In this document: positions 21,484-31,949 of the stretch, one piece after another | Layout: the number at the start of each line of letters is the position of its first letter | How positions within the stretch are numbered: position 1 is the first letter of the stretch | NCBI GenBank assembly: GCA_951812785.1 | Contig: OX638335.1 | Coordinates: 1,849,712-1,913,711, forward strand | Length of the DNA: 64,000 nt | Reading direction: 5' to 3' | DNA from: an uncultured Gammaproteobacteria bacterium | GTDB lineage: Bacteria; Pseudomonadota; Gammaproteobacteria; UBA4575 | Program-made: the position numbers and the translations under genes | Notes under the pieces: generated by a model | The model's input: the letters and a program-made list of their open reading frames with translations, nothing else | Told to the model about the DNA's origin: nothing | The model's database searches: none

Positions 21484-22308
21484 TTATCTACCCGCCAATA
21501 AATCTTGAGTGTATTCAGCCGCAGGATAATGAAATGGCACTGGTCCATCTGGATGGCCATTTAAGAACTGTTGCACCCATTTCGAACTACTACTGCGCAA
21601 GCTTACTGGCGTACCAGATTCGATAACTTTTCCGTCAGAAATAACATAAATGTAGTCCGCGATAGAAAGCGTCTCTTCAACATCATGTGAAACAATAATA
21701 CTGGTGAGTCCCAACACATTATTTAACTGTTTAATTAAAGTAACAATAGTTCCCTTAGTAATTGGATCCAGACCAGTAAATGGCTCGTCATACATAATCA
21801 TCATTGGATCTAACACAATTGCACGTGCTAGTGCGACGCGACGTGCCATGCCCCCTGACAACTGACTCGGCATAAGCTTGCGTGCTCCTCGCAGACCAAC
21901 CGCTTCAAGTTTCATTAATACTAGGTCGCGAATAATTTGCTCTGGGAGTTTCGTATGTTCACGCAATGGGAAAGCAACATTTTCGAACACATTAATATCT
22001 GTCAGCAGAGCGCCACTTTGAAACAACATGCCCATGCGCTTTCGCAACTCAAATAATGATGAACGACTGATAGCATTGACATCTTGGTCTTGTATACAGA
22101 CTTTCCCAGCCAGCGGCTTCAACTGACCACCAATAAGCTTAAGTAGAGTGGTTTTTCCGGTACCACTAGGACCCATAAATCCCGTGACTTGGCCACAACG
22201 GATATCCAAACTTAGGCCTTTAAATATCTTATTAGAGCCACGCGAGAAATGCATATCGCGTATTTCTACTAGGGGCTCGGAACTTATATATTCGTTCGCA
22301 TCAGTCAT
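21484..22308 (-). CDS. mlaF: Mla ABC transporter ATP-binding protein
   Basis: Walker A GPSGTGKTT, signature LSGGMARRVALARA, Walker B IMYDEP. Confidence 0.92.
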   Translation of the reverse strand: MTDANEYISSEPLVEIRDMHFSRGSNKIFKGLSLDIRCGQVTGFMGPSGTGKTTLLKLIGGQLKPLAGKVCIQDQDVNAISRSSLFELRKRMGMLFQSGALLTDINVFENVAFPLREHTKLPEQIIRDLVLMKLEAVGLRGARKLMPSQLSGGMARRVALARAIVLDPMMIMYDEPFTGLDPITKGTIVTLIKQLNNVLGLTSIIVSHDVEETLSIADYIYVISDGKVIESGTPVSLRSSSSKWVQQFLNGHPDGPVPFHYPAAEYTQDLLAGR

Positions 22309-22452
22309 TAGGATGTTTTTTTTAAATAGGCAATCATACGTGGTCTATTGCTATTAGTGAATATGAGTGATTATCAAACAATAAATAACTGAATTTAAAA
22401 TTTAGCCAAAATCAAAACATGTATAATCGCCCCTTTCTAAATAAATAGACAT

Positions 22453-23397
22453 ATGACGACTATCATCCTCGGCTTGTTAATTGGCTTTGCATTACTTCTC
22501 TGGAGTGCTGATCGCTTCGTCATAGGCGCAGTAGGCTTGGCTAAAAATTTAAATATCTCACCTCTAGTCATTGGTGTAGTCATTATTGGCTTTGGCACCT
22601 CTGCACCCGAATTACTCATATCAGGCGTTTCCGCATGGCATGGCAATAGCGGCTTAGCCATCGGTAATGCCATAGGCTCGAATATTACCAATATTGCTCT
22701 AATTCTCGGAGTCACTGCCTGCCTCACGCCGATTATAATATCGCGCCAAGTCATGCTACGGGAATTTCCACTTTTATTTGTAGCGATGGGTTTAGCTTGG
22801 TTCCTATTGAGGGACTCCATTTTATCTCTTACCGATGCATTGATTTTGCTGGCAGCATTGGTGATCGTAATCGGCTATCTCGCTACCAGCTCTGCAAGCT
22901 GCAAACAAGAAGAAGATGAACAAGACTGTACTATTGCAAAGTCTTTACTCTGGACCATACTAGGCTTAGTTTTATTACTTATCAGTTCCAATATTCTTGT
23001 TTCATACAGCGTTAAGCTTGCGCAGCTATTTGGAATATCAGATTTAGTCATTGGATTAACCATTGTCGCTATTGGAACCAGCTTACCAGAGCTAGCAGCA
23101 TCAGTGACCGGTGCACTTAAACTCCACACTGATCTGGCCATCGGAAATGTGCTTGGATCAAATATATTTAATACCTTAGGCGTCATTAGCGTACCTGGCT
23201 TGATTAATGCTTACACAATCCCGAGTGAAGTTTTCACTCGGGATTTCCCAATCATGGTCGGGTTAACTGTTTTTCTTTTAGGTTTGGCTTACTTCACCCA
23301 CAAAGGCAAAGGCATGCATCGAGCAAGTGGAATATTATTGCTGATTTGCTTTATCGGCTATCAAATTGCCCTATACATCCAAAGCGTTCAAAGTTAG
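22453..23397 (+). CDS. yrbG: CaCA-family sodium/calcium antiporter (YrbG-like)
   Basis: Two alpha-repeat motifs (GTSAPEL.. and GTSLPELA..). Divergent from mlaF, as in enterobacterial synteny. Confidence 0.82.
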   Translation: MTTIILGLLIGFALLLWSADRFVIGAVGLAKNLNISPLVIGVVIIGFGTSAPELLISGVSAWHGNSGLAIGNAIGSNITNIALILGVTACLTPIIISRQVMLREFPLLFVAMGLAWFLLRDSILSLTDALILLAALVIVIGYLATSSASCKQEEDEQDCTIAKSLLWTILGLVLLLISSNILVSYSVKLAQLFGISDLVIGLTIVAIGTSLPELAASVTGALKLHTDLAIGNVLGSNIFNTLGVISVPGLINAYTIPSEVFTRDFPIMVGLTVFLLGLAYFTHKGKGMHRASGILLLICFIGYQIALYIQSVQS

Positions 23398-23401
23398 CGA
23401 C

Positions 23402-24382
23402 ATGGTTGATATAGATTCAAAACAAGCGATTCAACTCGCGAAAGCAGTTATTCAAGAAGAAGCCAATGCTATCCTGGACCTCTCCGATAGAATCAATGAT
23501 AACTTCATTTCTGCTTGCAAATATTTACTCAATCCAGCCGGGCGTATTGTTGTTTTAGGCATAGGCAAATCGGGCCACATCGGCCGCAAGATTGCAGCCA
23601 CCCTAGCAAGCACAGGCAGTCCAGCTTTTTTTGTTAGTGCTGCGGAAGCGACACATGGTGACTTGGGTATGATTGATAAACAGGATGTTGCCATTCTGTT
23701 ATCAAACTCTGGTCAATCAGATGAACTTTTGTCTTTACTGCCCCCATTAAAAAGACTTGGCATCACTCTGATTACACTTACTGGTAACAACCAGTCAACG
23801 CTGGCAACAAATGCAGATGTTAATCTTGATGTATCCGTCAAGCATGAGGCCTGTCCATTAGGCCTAGCTCCAACTACTAGCACAATTGCTATGTTAGCAA
23901 TGGGAGACGCATTAGCCATTGCATTGTTAGATGCGCGTGGTTTTAATGAGCAAGATTTTGCACGTTCACACCCTGCTGGCAGATTAGGAAAACGATTACT
24001 AATAAAAGTCGCTGATATTATGCACCGCGACAATGAAGTTCCAAGCGTACGCGCAGACATGAACCTAAAACAAGGGTTACTAGAAATGACTAGCAAAGGT
24101 TTAGGCATGACTGCAATCACAGATAATCGAAATCATTTACTTGGCATTTTTACTGACGGTGATTTGCGGCGTGTGTTAGACACAGGCGTGAATGTTAATT
24201 CCACTATCATGCAAGACGTCATGACCGCTAATTGCCATACCGCTAACGATAATCAGCTAGCAGCAGAAATACTTAAAATAATGCAAACACTTCGCATCAA
24301 TTCTATCCCTGTTACGAACAGTAAAAACGAACTGATCGGCGCACTGAATATGCACGACTTACTCAGCGCTGGTGTTATTTAA
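23402..24382 (+). CDS. kdsD: Arabinose-5-phosphate isomerase (SIS plus 2 CBS domains)
   Basis: VLGIGKSGHIGRKIAATLASTGSPAFF SIS motif with tandem CBS. I prefer the ATG at 23402 over the ORF-track start at 23366, which overlaps yrbG. Confidence 0.9.
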   Translation: MVDIDSKQAIQLAKAVIQEEANAILDLSDRINDNFISACKYLLNPAGRIVVLGIGKSGHIGRKIAATLASTGSPAFFVSAAEATHGDLGMIDKQDVAILLSNSGQSDELLSLLPPLKRLGITLITLTGNNQSTLATNADVNLDVSVKHEACPLGLAPTTSTIAMLAMGDALAIALLDARGFNEQDFARSHPAGRLGKRLLIKVADIMHRDNEVPSVRADMNLKQGLLEMTSKGLGMTAITDNRNHLLGIFTDGDLRRVLDTGVNVNSTIMQDVMTANCHTANDNQLAAEILKIMQTLRINSIPVTNSKNELIGALNMHDLLSAGVI

Positions 24383-24402
24383 TCCAACTACAAGTAATTA
24401 AT

Positions 24403-24936
24403 GTGGAAAAACAAGCTTTAAGCAAACTTGCAACCGACATTCAAATGGTCATATTTGATGTTGACGGTGTATTTACTGACGGCCGCATTTGGATTAACCA
24501 TTTAGGCGAAGAAACAAAATCGTTCCATGTGCGTGATGGTCACGGTATACGCATGCTTATCTATTATGGCGTTCAAGTTGCTGTACTATCCGGTCGCGAA
24601 TCAAAAGCAGTCAATGTACGTATGCAAGAACTCGGTGTCACTGATGTCTTGCAAGGACAAATAGACAAACGTACTGCGTTTACCCAATTCGTTAACTCTA
24701 AAAATCTACTCGCAGAACAAGTAGCATTTGTTGGCGATGATATTATTGATGTCCCTGCCATGCAGCTCGCTGGACTATCTTTTGCCGTTGCAAATGCACA
24801 TGAATGGGTGAAATCTCATGCAGATCACATCACCGAAGAGCTAGGTGGTCATGGCGCCGTGCGAGAAGTATGTGAACTGATTCTTGACTCCAAGGGTCTA
24901 CTAACCAAAGCCCTTAATTATAATGTAACTCTATAG
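24403..24936 (+). CDS. kdsC: KDO 8-phosphate phosphatase
   Basis: HAD motif VIFDVDGVFTDG, 177 aa, GTG start, after kdsD. Confidence 0.9.
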   Translation: MEKQALSKLATDIQMVIFDVDGVFTDGRIWINHLGEETKSFHVRDGHGIRMLIYYGVQVAVLSGRESKAVNVRMQELGVTDVLQGQIDKRTAFTQFVNSKNLLAEQVAFVGDDIIDVPAMQLAGLSFAVANAHEWVKSHADHITEELGGHGAVREVCELILDSKGLLTKALNYNVTL

Positions 24937-24960
24937 TCCTGAGACAATATATTAGAGCCA

Positions 24961-25521
24961 ATGATTAAAACACTACTAATAACACTGTTATTTGCTGCCA
25001 TTATTGCAGCAACAGGAGGCTATTTACTGGCGATTGAATCAGACTACAGCAGTCAGTTACAGAACACACCTGAACAGCAATACTTCACCCATAAATTTAA
25101 AAATTTTGCCCTCACCAACACCAATAATCTAGGTCAAGCACACTCTGTTATCCGCTCCCCTAGCACGCATTTATTGGTTGCCGAGCAAAAAACACTGATG
25201 GACTCACCCAAAATGGCCATGTACCGTGACCAAGAGCCGCCAATTATCATTACGGCAAACTCTGCTGAAGTTTTCCACCAACAAAACATCACTATATTAA
25301 ATAATAATGTGAATGTTTCTATGCCTGATCAGCGCAATAACAATATCGTCATGAGAACCGAGCAACTAACATTAGACAATATTTCGCAAAGCGCTAAAAC
25401 CGATCTGCCAGCAACCATTATTCACGCTAAGGGCAATATGCGTGGAACTGGACTAGAATTTAATCCGCACACCAAACAAATAAAATTTTTAAATAAAGTA
25501 CGTGGCACTTATGAACGCTAA
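24961..25521 (+). CDS. lptC: LPS export protein LptC
   Basis: N-terminal TM anchor, 186 aa, position kdsC-lptC-lptA-lptB. Confidence 0.78.
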   Translation: MIKTLLITLLFAAIIAATGGYLLAIESDYSSQLQNTPEQQYFTHKFKNFALTNTNNLGQAHSVIRSPSTHLLVAEQKTLMDSPKMAMYRDQEPPIIITANSAEVFHQQNITILNNNVNVSMPDQRNNNIVMRTEQLTLDNISQSAKTDLPATIIHAKGNMRGTGLEFNPHTKQIKFLNKVRGTYER

Positions 25522-26014
25522 AACACTTCTGTTACTTACCCTATTCACCTGGTCATGCGTTGTTAACAATGCGTATGCTCGCACAGATGATGGAGAAAAA
25601 CCCATACACATAACTGCTGATAGCGCAGAGTTAGATGAAAATTCTGGCATAAGCATTTATCGCGGTGATGTTAAGATGGTGCAAGGCACAACTATTCTAC
25701 ATGGCGACATTATTACTGTGTATACCGCGAATGATGAAGTAGAAAAAATGATTTCTGTCGGCAACTTAGCGACCTATGAGGAAACCACTGATGATGGCGA
25801 TATCATTTATGCCGAGTCAGAGGAAATGATTCACAACAGCGCAAAGAAAAAGGTCGAACTGTTCCGTCGAGGGAAAATCACTCAGGTAGGTCATGTGATC
25901 CGTAGCGATTACATTCTTTACTTAACAGAAGAGGGCTTAATTGATACCGGCACTAAAAAAGATCGCATTGAAATAACTATTCAACCCAAAACTAAAACTA
26001 ATGCAATCAAATAA
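25502..26014 (+). CDS. lptA: LPS export periplasmic protein LptA
   Basis: Signal peptide, OstA-like motif PIHITADSAELD. 170 aa. Confidence 0.83.
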   Translation: MALMNAKTLLLLTLFTWSCVVNNAYARTDDGEKPIHITADSAELDENSGISIYRGDVKMVQGTTILHGDIITVYTANDEVEKMISVGNLATYEETTDDGDIIYAESEEMIHNSAKKKVELFRRGKITQVGHVIRSDYILYLTEEGLIDTGTKKDRIEITIQPKTKTNAIK

Positions 26015-26735
26015 TCGCTTGTGGGCAAAACAGCTCGCTAAAAGCTATAAAAAACGCCAAGTTGTCCAAAGTGTCGACGTACAAGTCAACAGCGGCGAAA
26101 TCGTAGGTTTGCTTGGGCCCAATGGTGCAGGCAAAACGACTACTTTTTATATGATTGTAGGCTTGATTCAGCCAGATGCTGGCAGTATTGGTTTAAACGA
26201 TCAAGAGCTAACCAAACTACCCATGCATGCACGTGCTCAACAAGGCGTGGGATATTTGCCTCAAGAAGCTTCCGTATTTCGTGGGCTAACTGTCGAAGAA
26301 AATATCCTTGCTGTACTGCAGTTAAGAAAAAACATCCACAAACAAAAACAGCGTGAAATTTGTGATCGTTTATTGCTAGATTTACAAATAGAACATATTC
26401 GCAATAGCAAAGGCTTTAGTTTATCTGGTGGAGAACGCAGGCGAGTTGAGATTGCACGTACCTTAGCCATTCAACCTAAATTTATTTTATTAGACGAACC
26501 CTTCGCAGGCGTTGACCCTATTTCAGTTATGGATATTCAACGTTTGTTAAAACAACTCACCGAACGCGGCATCGGTTTATTAATTACCGATCACAATGTG
26601 CGCGAAACGCTTGGCATATGTTCGCGCGCTTACATCCTTAGCCAAGGTCAAATCATCGCAGAGGGAACACCGAACAACTTGCTAAATGATCAACAAGTAC
26701 GCGATGTCTATTTAGGCTCTGAGTTTCAGCTTTAA
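26001..26735 (+). CDS. lptB: LPS export ABC ATPase LptB
   Basis: GLLGPNGAGKTTTFYM, LSGGERRRVEIAR, LLDEPFAGVDP. Confidence 0.96.
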   Translation: MQSNNRLWAKQLAKSYKKRQVVQSVDVQVNSGEIVGLLGPNGAGKTTTFYMIVGLIQPDAGSIGLNDQELTKLPMHARAQQGVGYLPQEASVFRGLTVEENILAVLQLRKNIHKQKQREICDRLLLDLQIEHIRNSKGFSLSGGERRRVEIARTLAIQPKFILLDEPFAGVDPISVMDIQRLLKQLTERGIGLLITDHNVRETLGICSRAYILSQGQIIAEGTPNNLLNDQQVRDVYLGSEFQL

Positions 26736-26867
26736 TTGTTACACAACATATAAGTAATACTTGGTCGGATTTGCATCGTGCTCATCACTTAGCAATGCTT
26801 CTCAAGGCTAATTTTTTGTGTAACCATCAGCACTCAGACACAGAGCAATAATTATGCCAATTTTTTA

Positions 26868-28319
26868 ATGCTAAAGCCTTCCCTCCAACTACGTGTCGGC
26901 CAGTCTTTATCAATGACGCCGCAATTGCAGCAAGCTATCAAGCTTCTGCAACTATCCTCATTGGAATTACAACAAGAAATCCAACAGATTTTTGAAACTA
27001 ACCCTATGCTGGAGAGAGACGAAGAATCCGCACTCAGCAATCAAGAGGCAGCTGAAGAAACTGAAGATGCCTCATCCAACGTACCTGCAGAACAAGATAT
27101 CACTACAACAAAAGAGCAAATCTCAGACGAATTACCTATAGACAGCAACTGGGAAGATATTTACCAGGCATCTAATATTTACAGCGAAGCTCCACAAGAA
27201 CCTTCGCGTGATGTATATGAAAACGAAAGTGGCGCAAGCAATTCTCTACAACAACACCTTCTTCAGCAAATTGATTTAATAAATCTCAGTGATGTTGATC
27301 GCGTCATAGGGATTACCTTAATCGACGAGATCGATAATAACGGTTACTTGACAGATAGCGTAGAAAACATTCATCAAGGCTTAGTCGAAACATTTGCAGA
27401 ATTAGATGAAGTCGAGGCTGTACTACATTTAATTCAACATCTAGACCCTATTGGCACTGGCGCTAAAGATTTATCTGACTGCTTAGAAATTCAGTTACGT
27501 ATCCTACCTTCAGATACACCCTACCTAGAGCAGGCGGTTGGTGTAGTGAAAAATTATATTGAAGTACTAGGCAGTCATAACACCAAGCTAATCCAGAGAC
27601 GCATGGATTTATCCGAAGCGGAGCTACAAACAACCATAGAGCTTATACAATCTCTCAATCCTCGCCCAGGTGCACAGATATCAAGTATCAGCACTGAATA
27701 CGTGGTGCCTGATGTATTCGTTGTAAGGCGCAGTAATTCGTGGAGAGTAGAGTTGAATACCGACTCTGCACCAAAACTTCGTATAAACAATACTTACGCT
27801 GACCTTATTAAGCGCGCCGACAGCAGTATCGATAACAACTATATACGCACACAACTCCAAGAAGCACGTTGGTTCATCAAAAGCTTACACAGTAGAAATG
27901 AAACATTACTGCGCGTAGCCACATCAATTATTGAACACCAACGTAAGTTTCTAGACTATGGGCCTGAGGCAATGAAGCCTTTAGTACTCCGAAATATTGC
28001 AGAAGAATTAGAATTACACGAATCGACTGTGTCGCGTGTAACCACAAACAAATACATGCATACACCTAGAGGAATTTTTGAATTCAAGTATTTCTTTTCT
28101 AGTCATGTTGGGACTTCCGATGGAGGCGTATGTTCTGCCACCGCTATACGCGCTATGATTAAGAAACTTATCGAAGAAGAAAATAATGCAAAACCATTAA
28201 GCGACAGTAAAATATCCAACTTGCTTGACGAAAAAGGCATCAATGTCGCACGCCGAACTGTGGCTAAATACCGCGAAGCTTTATCAATCCCCCCATCTAA
28301 TGAACGCAAGCAACTGTAA
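26868..28319 (+). CDS. rpoN: RNA polymerase sigma-54 factor
   Basis: MLKPSLQLRVGQSLSMTPQLQQAIKLLQLS start. C-terminal RpoN box ARRTVAKYRE. Confidence 0.96.
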   Translation: MLKPSLQLRVGQSLSMTPQLQQAIKLLQLSSLELQQEIQQIFETNPMLERDEESALSNQEAAEETEDASSNVPAEQDITTTKEQISDELPIDSNWEDIYQASNIYSEAPQEPSRDVYENESGASNSLQQHLLQQIDLINLSDVDRVIGITLIDEIDNNGYLTDSVENIHQGLVETFAELDEVEAVLHLIQHLDPIGTGAKDLSDCLEIQLRILPSDTPYLEQAVGVVKNYIEVLGSHNTKLIQRRMDLSEAELQTTIELIQSLNPRPGAQISSISTEYVVPDVFVVRRSNSWRVELNTDSAPKLRINNTYADLIKRADSSIDNNYIRTQLQEARWFIKSLHSRNETLLRVATSIIEHQRKFLDYGPEAMKPLVLRNIAEELELHESTVSRVTTNKYMHTPRGIFEFKYFFSSHVGTSDGGVCSATAIRAMIKKLIEEENNAKPLSDSKISNLLDEKGINVARRTVAKYREALSIPPSNERKQL

Positions 28320-28557
28320 TCCATTAATTTTTCTGTGTTTTTATAGTCAATACTACCATTTATACCGGCAATTAAAATAATCGACATTGCCCGCACATTA
28401 AGCCCTCTTGTTGCGCTATGATTAGCTTAACAACAGGGAAATTGCACATTGACTTGTGCGCATAACTGCCTAAGAAATGCAACTGGAATTGCTTGCAGAA
28501 GAAGGTTATAAAGAAGCTGAAGAAATAGTCATTAAGTAACAATTCACGGAGGGATAA

Positions 28558-28878
28558 ATGCAAATAGAATTAACCGGTCATCATCTTGATATTACCCCCG
28601 CAATACGAAATTTTGTTAATGAAAAATTCAAACGTCTAGAAAGGCACTTTGATCACGTCATCAACACCCATGTAGTATTATCTGTAGAAAAAGTTCGCCA
28701 CCAAGCTGAAGCTTCTATGCTAGTCAGCCGAAATAAAATCTTTGCGAACGCTACAGCAGACGATATGTATGTCGCTATCGATAATCTCATCGACAAACTC
28801 GATCGACAGATTGTTAAGCATAAAGAAAAAATTAAAGACCATCACAACGAAGAAGGCGCGCACAGAAATCTGGCTTAG
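28558..28878 (+). CDS. hpf: Ribosome hibernation promoting factor
   Basis: MQIELTGHHLDITPAIRNFV.. start, 106 aa, downstream of rpoN. Confidence 0.92.
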   Translation: MQIELTGHHLDITPAIRNFVNEKFKRLERHFDHVINTHVVLSVEKVRHQAEASMLVSRNKIFANATADDMYVAIDNLIDKLDRQIVKHKEKIKDHHNEEGAHRNLA

Positions 28879-28902
28879 CGCGATCAATGCTTAATTATCA
28901 CC

Positions 28903-29379
28903 ATGGAAAATGTCTCACTAGCTCGTTACCTTGACGCAAGTCGAATTTTACTCCTGCAAAATGTCAGCAGTAAGAAGCGAGTGTTTGAGTTGCTTGGAGA
29001 GCTTTTAGCCGAAGACATAGACGAGGTACAAGCAACTCAAGTGAGCGCTGGCCTACAGGCGCGCGAGCGCTTAGGTGCCACCGCTTTAGGCGAAGGCGTG
29101 GCAATTCCACATTGCCGTATCGACAATATCAGCGAAATTCGTAGCGCCGTTATTAAGCTCGAACAGCCAGTTGACTTTGATGCTCCCGATGAGCAGAAAG
29201 TATCATTATTTTATGCTCTATTGGTGCCTAATGAAGCCACTGATGAACATCTAAACACCTTAGCATCTCTCGCTGAATTCCTATCAGAGCAGGACAATCG
29301 CAACCAGCTTCGAAACTGCGACTCTGCCAAACAATTACTCGATATATTTGCTAAAACCTCAGACAAGCATGCCGCATAA
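28903..29379 (+). CDS. ptsN: Nitrogen-regulatory PTS EIIA (EIIA-Ntr)
   Basis: EIIA(Fru/Ntr) fold with GEGVAIPHCR phospho-His motif. Confidence 0.87.
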   Translation: MENVSLARYLDASRILLLQNVSSKKRVFELLGELLAEDIDEVQATQVSAGLQARERLGATALGEGVAIPHCRIDNISEIRSAVIKLEQPVDFDAPDEQKVSLFYALLVPNEATDEHLNTLASLAEFLSEQDNRNQLRNCDSAKQLLDIFAKTSDKHAA

Positions 29380-29442
29380 CACTAGCACTTAGCCGCCAGT
29401 ACGCCTAGACTTCCAATAGCACCCATTCAATGTTCGCGTAAC

Positions 29443-30384
29443 ATGCCAGAAAACACCACTCCACAATTGATTCTAGACTCATTAAGCAAAGAGCTAGATC
29501 TCTCTATTTGGCATGGTGAGCAATACATAAACCACCCCTTTTCACATCATAGCTTTAGTGATGACTCGGCTACCCTTGTAGGCTACTTTAATTTAATCCA
29601 TTCCAATCAGGCACAGGTGCTAGGCAAAGTAGAATCAAATTATCTTCAATCTTTAGGAGACCAAGAAAAGAAAAAAGCCTACCAACGATTATTTGGCTCC
29701 GAGACAATCGCTATCTTTTTTACTGACGGCTTAATGCCGCCATTAGAATTAAAATCCTTTGTCGATGAGTATAAGGCCCCGATATTTTGCTCCAACCTTT
29801 CATCCACCGAAGTAATCACTCATTTGCGTTATTTTTTATCACGCGCGCTAGCAGCCAAAGTTACTTTACACGGTGTGTTTATGGAAGTAATCAGCCTCGG
29901 TGCCATGCTCACTGGTGAAAGTGGCTTAGGTAAAAGCGAATTAGCATTAGAGCTAGTGACGCGCGGGCATCGACTAATTGCTGATGACGCGCCTGAGTTT
30001 ATGCGTATTGCGCCAGACATTGTTGTAGGATCATGCCCGCTAATATTAAGGGATTTCCTGGAAGTGCGTGGGCTAGGCATCCTCAATATACGTGAAATGT
30101 ACGGTGACAGTTCGATAAAATTCAGCAAATATTTACGTTTAATAATTCATCTAACCTCAATGCAATCAATTCCCAAATCTGAAGATAGACTCGCCACACC
30201 ACAGCTGACTAAAAATGTGCTGGGTTTAGAAATTCCTGTGATTCGATTACCTGTTGCTGCAGGCCGCAACCTTGCAGTTATGACTGAGGCCGCAGTGCGC
30301 AATCATTTATTAATGATAAAAAACTATAATGCTGCAGACGATTTCATTGAACGCCAACAGCGCTCTATTCAGCAGGATTCATGA
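29443..30384 (+). CDS. hprK: HPr kinase/phosphorylase
   Basis: Walker A GESGLGKSELALEL followed by LIADD, and EVRGLGILNI. 313 aa. Confidence 0.88.
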   Translation: MPENTTPQLILDSLSKELDLSIWHGEQYINHPFSHHSFSDDSATLVGYFNLIHSNQAQVLGKVESNYLQSLGDQEKKKAYQRLFGSETIAIFFTDGLMPPLELKSFVDEYKAPIFCSNLSSTEVITHLRYFLSRALAAKVTLHGVFMEVISLGAMLTGESGLGKSELALELVTRGHRLIADDAPEFMRIAPDIVVGSCPLILRDFLEVRGLGILNIREMYGDSSIKFSKYLRLIIHLTSMQSIPKSEDRLATPQLTKNVLGLEIPVIRLPVAAGRNLAVMTEAAVRNHLLMIKNYNAADDFIERQQRSIQQDS

Positions 30385-31244
30385 TGAGGATATTAATAAT
30401 CACAGGCCTGTCTGGCTCAGGTAAATCTGTTGCTTTAAATACATTAGAAGATGATGATTTTTACTGCGTAGACAACTTGCCCGTAGCACTACTGCCAACA
30501 TTTATTAATCAGTGTTTAGAAGAAGAAAAACACTACCACAAAAAAATTGCTGTCGGCATAGACTCACGAGCAGGAAATGAAAGCATCGACAATCTAATTA
30601 ATATCGTACAAAAATTTAAAAATAACAAGATTCCTGTAGAGGTTCTATTTTTCAGCGCTGAAATCAATACGCTTATTAAAAGATTTAGCGAGACACGTCG
30701 CAAACATCCTCTTACAACAAATGATATTCCTCTAATCAAGGCAATTCACTTAGAAAAAGAATTGCTCAGCAAAATTGCTGATTATGCCGACTTAAATATC
30801 GACACCACTAAAACCAATGTTAGGCAGTTGCGCACATTAGTCAATCAAGTCGTGATTGAAAAATCATCGACCGGCTTAACCATTATCTTGCAATCATTTG
30901 GTTTTAAACACGGCATACCTAATGACTCGGACTTCATGTTTGACGTGCGCTGCTTACCAAACCCATATTGGCAGCCAAATCTTCGCAGCCTATCCGGCAA
31001 AGATGCCGCCGTGATGAGTTATTTAAACTCATACAGCGAAGTCGATAGAATGATAAAATCGATTATTGAATTTATGCAGGAATGGATCCCATTATTCGAA
31101 GAAGAAAACAGAAGTTACTTAACAATATCCATTGGCTGTACAGGCGGGCATCACCGTTCTGTATATTGCATTAATCAAATCGCCCATGAATTAGAAAAAA
31201 AAATGCAACAACCAATTACTGTCAGACATAGGGAATTTGAATAG
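30381..31244 (+). CDS. rapZ: RNase adapter protein RapZ
   Basis: ITGLSGSGKSVALNTLED P-loop and C-terminal IGCTGGHHRSV motif. Confidence 0.92.
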   Translation: MMRILIITGLSGSGKSVALNTLEDDDFYCVDNLPVALLPTFINQCLEEEKHYHKKIAVGIDSRAGNESIDNLINIVQKFKNNKIPVEVLFFSAEINTLIKRFSETRRKHPLTTNDIPLIKAIHLEKELLSKIADYADLNIDTTKTNVRQLRTLVNQVVIEKSSTGLTIILQSFGFKHGIPNDSDFMFDVRCLPNPYWQPNLRSLSGKDAAVMSYLNSYSEVDRMIKSIIEFMQEWIPLFEEENRSYLTISIGCTGGHHRSVYCINQIAHELEKKMQQPITVRHREFE

Positions 31245-31250
31245 AACATC

Positions 31251-31649
31251 ATGCCAGTAGGAATACTTATTATTACTCACGGAGAAATTGGCGAAGAACT
31301 ACTAGCGACAGCCAGATCCACTTTAGGAGGCACGCTACCTATTAATTGCAGAGCGCTATCCGTATCCCCTAACTGCGACCCTGACTCTCAGCACAAAAAG
31401 GCAGAAGCCATGATAGCCTCAGCAAATGATGGCAGCGGCGTGCTAATTCTCACTGATATGTATGGCTCCACTCCAAGTAATATCGCCAATGGCTGTAAAA
31501 ATATTGCCGCTATAGAGGTGATTGCCGGCGTCAACTTACCTATGTTTATTCGTGTACTAAATTATTCTAACTTAACCTTGTCAGATATGACTGAAAAAGC
31601 ATTGTCCGGCGGACACGACGGCATAATTTTATGCCAACAAGGAAAATAA
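31251..31649 (+). CDS. PTS EIIA component, mannose/fructose family
   Basis: MPVGILIITHGEIGEEL start (His in ITHG), 132 aa. Confidence 0.78.
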   Translation: MPVGILIITHGEIGEELLATARSTLGGTLPINCRALSVSPNCDPDSQHKKAEAMIASANDGSGVLILTDMYGSTPSNIANGCKNIAAIEVIAGVNLPMFIRVLNYSNLTLSDMTEKALSGGHDGIILCQQGK

Positions 31650-31655
31650 CAACCC

Positions 31656-31925
31656 ATGTTAGAAGATCAAGCGACCATATGTAACAAGCTAGGATTACAC
31701 GCACGCGCAGCAGCAAAATTTGTTGCCGCTGCTAGTGAATTTGAATCCGAAATTGAAATTGAAAAAGATGGCAAGCGTGTCAACGGCAAAAGCATTATGG
31801 GCGTGATGATGTTAGCTGCCAGTAAAGGTACCAATATTAAACTTTTCATCGATGGCGCGGATGCCGAAGATGCTATGATTAAAATTAAAGATTTAATTGT
31901 TTCTCGTTTCGGCGAAGACGAATAA
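31656..31925 (+). CDS. ptsH: Phosphocarrier protein HPr/NPr
   Basis: GLHARAAAKFV (His-15 site) and GKSIMGVMMLAA (Ser-46 site, the HprK target). Confidence 0.88.
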   Translation: MLEDQATICNKLGLHARAAAKFVAAASEFESEIEIEKDGKRVNGKSIMGVMMLAASKGTNIKLFIDGADAEDAMIKIKDLIVSRFGEDE

Positions 31926-31949
31926 CACAACCATTACAAACAAACACAC

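Noticed and set aside
28484-28497. A sigma-54-like 'tggaattgcttgca' upstream of hpf.
   Set aside because: The GG-to-GC spacing is two bases too short for a -24/-12 promoter, and the -24 element is not TGGCAC.
28465-28530. A 20-codon mini-ORF (MQLELLAEEGYKEAEEIVIK) just upstream of hpf, considered as a possible leader peptide.
   Set aside because: I could not identify an attenuator structure or regulatory codon run. It is probably chance.
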